Assembly (NCBI GenBank): GCA_937925655.1
Contig: CALAMC010000063.1
Span: forward strand, 1 to 17,793
Direction: 5' to 3'
Origin: an uncultured candidate division Zixibacteria bacterium
GTDB taxonomy: Bacteria > Zixibacteria > MSB-5A5 > GN15 > PGXB01
DNA length: 17,793 nt
The notes below the pieces were generated by a model. It was not told where the DNA came from, searched no databases, and saw nothing but the letters and a program-made list of their open reading frames with translations. Below, piece after piece: positions 16,509 to 17,793 of the stretch. The translations under genes were made by a program, and so were the position numbers. How positions within the stretch are numbered: position 1 is the stretch's first letter; each line of letters opens with the position of its first letter.

Positions 16509-17576
16509 TTAGCTGCCGATATCCCCAAGTGTAGAGTCATTGTTTATTTTATCTATAAAGTAATTCATCGCCGATCTTACCGTCGTATCCCAGATATGTT
16601 TATAACGTTTTTGATATTCCTTGCTGTCGATTTCAGGGAAAACCCTCTGGCAGTATGATGGCAGCGAATCATGCTCGCCCTTGGTGATAATATCGTCGAA
16701 ATATTCAGCCAGGGCATGTGAAAAAAGATCGGCCTGTTTGTCAGTTATTTTTTCTTTATCTATAAAATGCTGCAGGTGTGTCCGGCGCATGAAATTAACA
16801 GTACAATCCTTGGCCCGCAGATATTTTTTCAACGCAAAATCATCTTTGGGTCCCGGGGGAATTGGAATGACTGAATCGATATCGATAAATCTTAAATACG
16901 TTTCAATGAAAACCTTTTTCAGCTCGCGCACTGGAATGAAATTGGCGAATTCCTGCGATTTATTAAGTCTTTCGAAAATGTAGCGCACCATTTGCGGGAC
17001 AGTCTTCGATTGCTGAATAGCTTTTTCGGCCAGTATCATCAACTCGTAGTAATCTATTTCGGGCCGATTTATGTAAAGAGCATTTGCATTACATGCCAGA
17101 TAAATATACACAGTCGAGTTATCTTTCAATTTGGAGGTTGAATAATCTTTTGAAGCAAAAGCCCTATCAACTTGACGGGCGAATTTGGCCATAAGGGGAT
17201 CAATGTCTTCGTTAATTTTAGGCATCTCCTGCTTCACAAATCCAAATAGCTGACATTTGAAAACGGCATATATTTTTTCACCCACGGCAGAATCGAAAGA
17301 TGTATAACCCAGATTTTCAAAGTATTTAAACAGCATATGGGCAGGGCGGTTGTCTTGGGGCCATAAATAGCGAGAAACAATATCGACTGCCAGGTCGAGA
17401 ATATCCTTTTGCAGATTATCCGATTTTCGTGGAATCATTTTGCCGCGGCCGACGATAAAAGCCAAATATCCACGGGCCATACGCAGGCACATGTTGGCAA
17501 AAAGCTCCAATTTTCTGCAATCAACGTGATTGCGCAAAAATTCAATTAGATTTCGAATATCCGACTCTTCCGACAT
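16509..17576 (-). CDS. Hypothetical alpha-helical protein (355 aa), first gene of the three-gene cluster
   Basis: Long ORF, 32 nt upstream of the anti-sigma-like gene on the same strand. K/E/D/F/Y-rich; no catalytic motif, signal peptide or TM recognised. Only a faint resemblance of residues ~20-75 (ELFANMCLRMARGYLAFIVGRGK...SDNLQKDILDLAVDIVSRYLW) to sigma-70 region 2 of ECF sigmas. Confidence 0.7.
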   Translation of the reverse strand: MSEESDIRNLIEFLRNHVDCRKLELFANMCLRMARGYLAFIVGRGKMIPRKSDNLQKDILDLAVDIVSRYLWPQDNRPAHMLFKYFENLGYTSFDSAVGEKIYAVFKCQLFGFVKQEMPKINEDIDPLMAKFARQVDRAFASKDYSTSKLKDNSTVYIYLACNANALYINRPEIDYYELMILAEKAIQQSKTVPQMVRYIFERLNKSQEFANFIPVRELKKVFIETYLRFIDIDSVIPIPPGPKDDFALKKYLRAKDCTVNFMRRTHLQHFIDKEKITDKQADLFSHALAEYFDDIITKGEHDSLPSYCQRVFPEIDSKEYQKRYKHIWDTTVRSAMNYFIDKINNDSTLGDIGS

Positions 17577-17612
17577 AATAAACTAAAGGCGCCTTACAAG
17601 ATAACCTGGCCA

Positions 17613-17641
17613 AAGATAAAAAATTCTCTGTTGGATGTCAA
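17613..17641 (-). promoter_or_regulatory. Candidate sigma70-type promoter for the three-gene cluster
   Basis: On the minus strand: TTGACA (rc of 17636-17641), 17-nt spacer, TATCTT (rc of 17613-17618). The predicted TSS is about 30 nt upstream of the ATG at 17576. Confidence 0.3.
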
Positions 17642-17793
17642 TGATTTGGAATTAAATGTGACAAGGCAAGCAAGTAACGGGGAAGTCTCATATTCTGCCG
17701 ACAAAAACTTTGCCTATTGAAATTTAACCGAATAAGATATCGGTTCCATCGGTCCTGACTGGATTGGGGACAATCCGCAATTAAAAAGCTCCC

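Noticed and set aside
1-17793. Search for CRISPR repeats, tRNA/rRNA genes, transposase/integrase genes, toxin-antitoxin pairs
   Set aside because: No direct-repeat/spacer periodicity, no tRNA-like cloverleaf signatures (GTTCGAATCC-type T-loops) in any intergenic region, and no ORF with recombinase/transposase motifs (DDE, tyrosine recombinase R-H-R-Y) was seen. So no mobile-element or defence-island boundaries are called.

Overview
Moderate-GC bacterial window (about 55% GC in the first 11 kb, AT-richer patches after 11.5 kb). All coding genes are on the minus strand except the first. Several genes have GGAGG-type Shine-Dalgarno sites, and two proteins end in a type IX secretion (T9SS) C-terminal sorting domain, suggesting a non-Bacteroidia member of the FCB-like group (inference). 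Left to right: (i) the 3' part of a TPR + HD-GYP c-di-GMP phosphodiesterase (+ strand, 5'-truncated by the window edge); (ii) a minus-strand operon of a SusC-like TonB-dependent receptor, a 1051-aa secreted protein with a T9SS type-A CTD, and a PorV/PorQ-like outer-membrane beta-barrel; (iii) a classic NfeD(YqiJ)-flotillin(YqiK/FloT) pair; (iv) a 676-aa T9SS-CTD protein with two dockerin-like Ca-binding repeats; (v) a tightly linked three-gene minus-strand cluster, the most unusual element. It encodes a 355-aa helical unknown, a 283-aa soluble zf-HC2 (HxxxCxxC) anti-sigma-like protein, and a 787-aa membrane protein with a complete cytoplasmic Lon-like (S16) protease domain, one TM helix and a periplasmic FG-GAP/beta-propeller-like domain. 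The Ser-Lys dyad is recognisable and there is no AAA+ module. I read it as a candidate transmembrane signalling protease acting on its translationally coupled anti-sigma-like partner, analogous in logic to CalpL/CalpT/CalpS but with an extracytoplasmic sensor in place of SAVED (hypothesis). No rRNA, tRNA, CRISPR array, transposase or integrase is visible. Several rho-independent terminator-like hairpins sit between convergent or tandem units.
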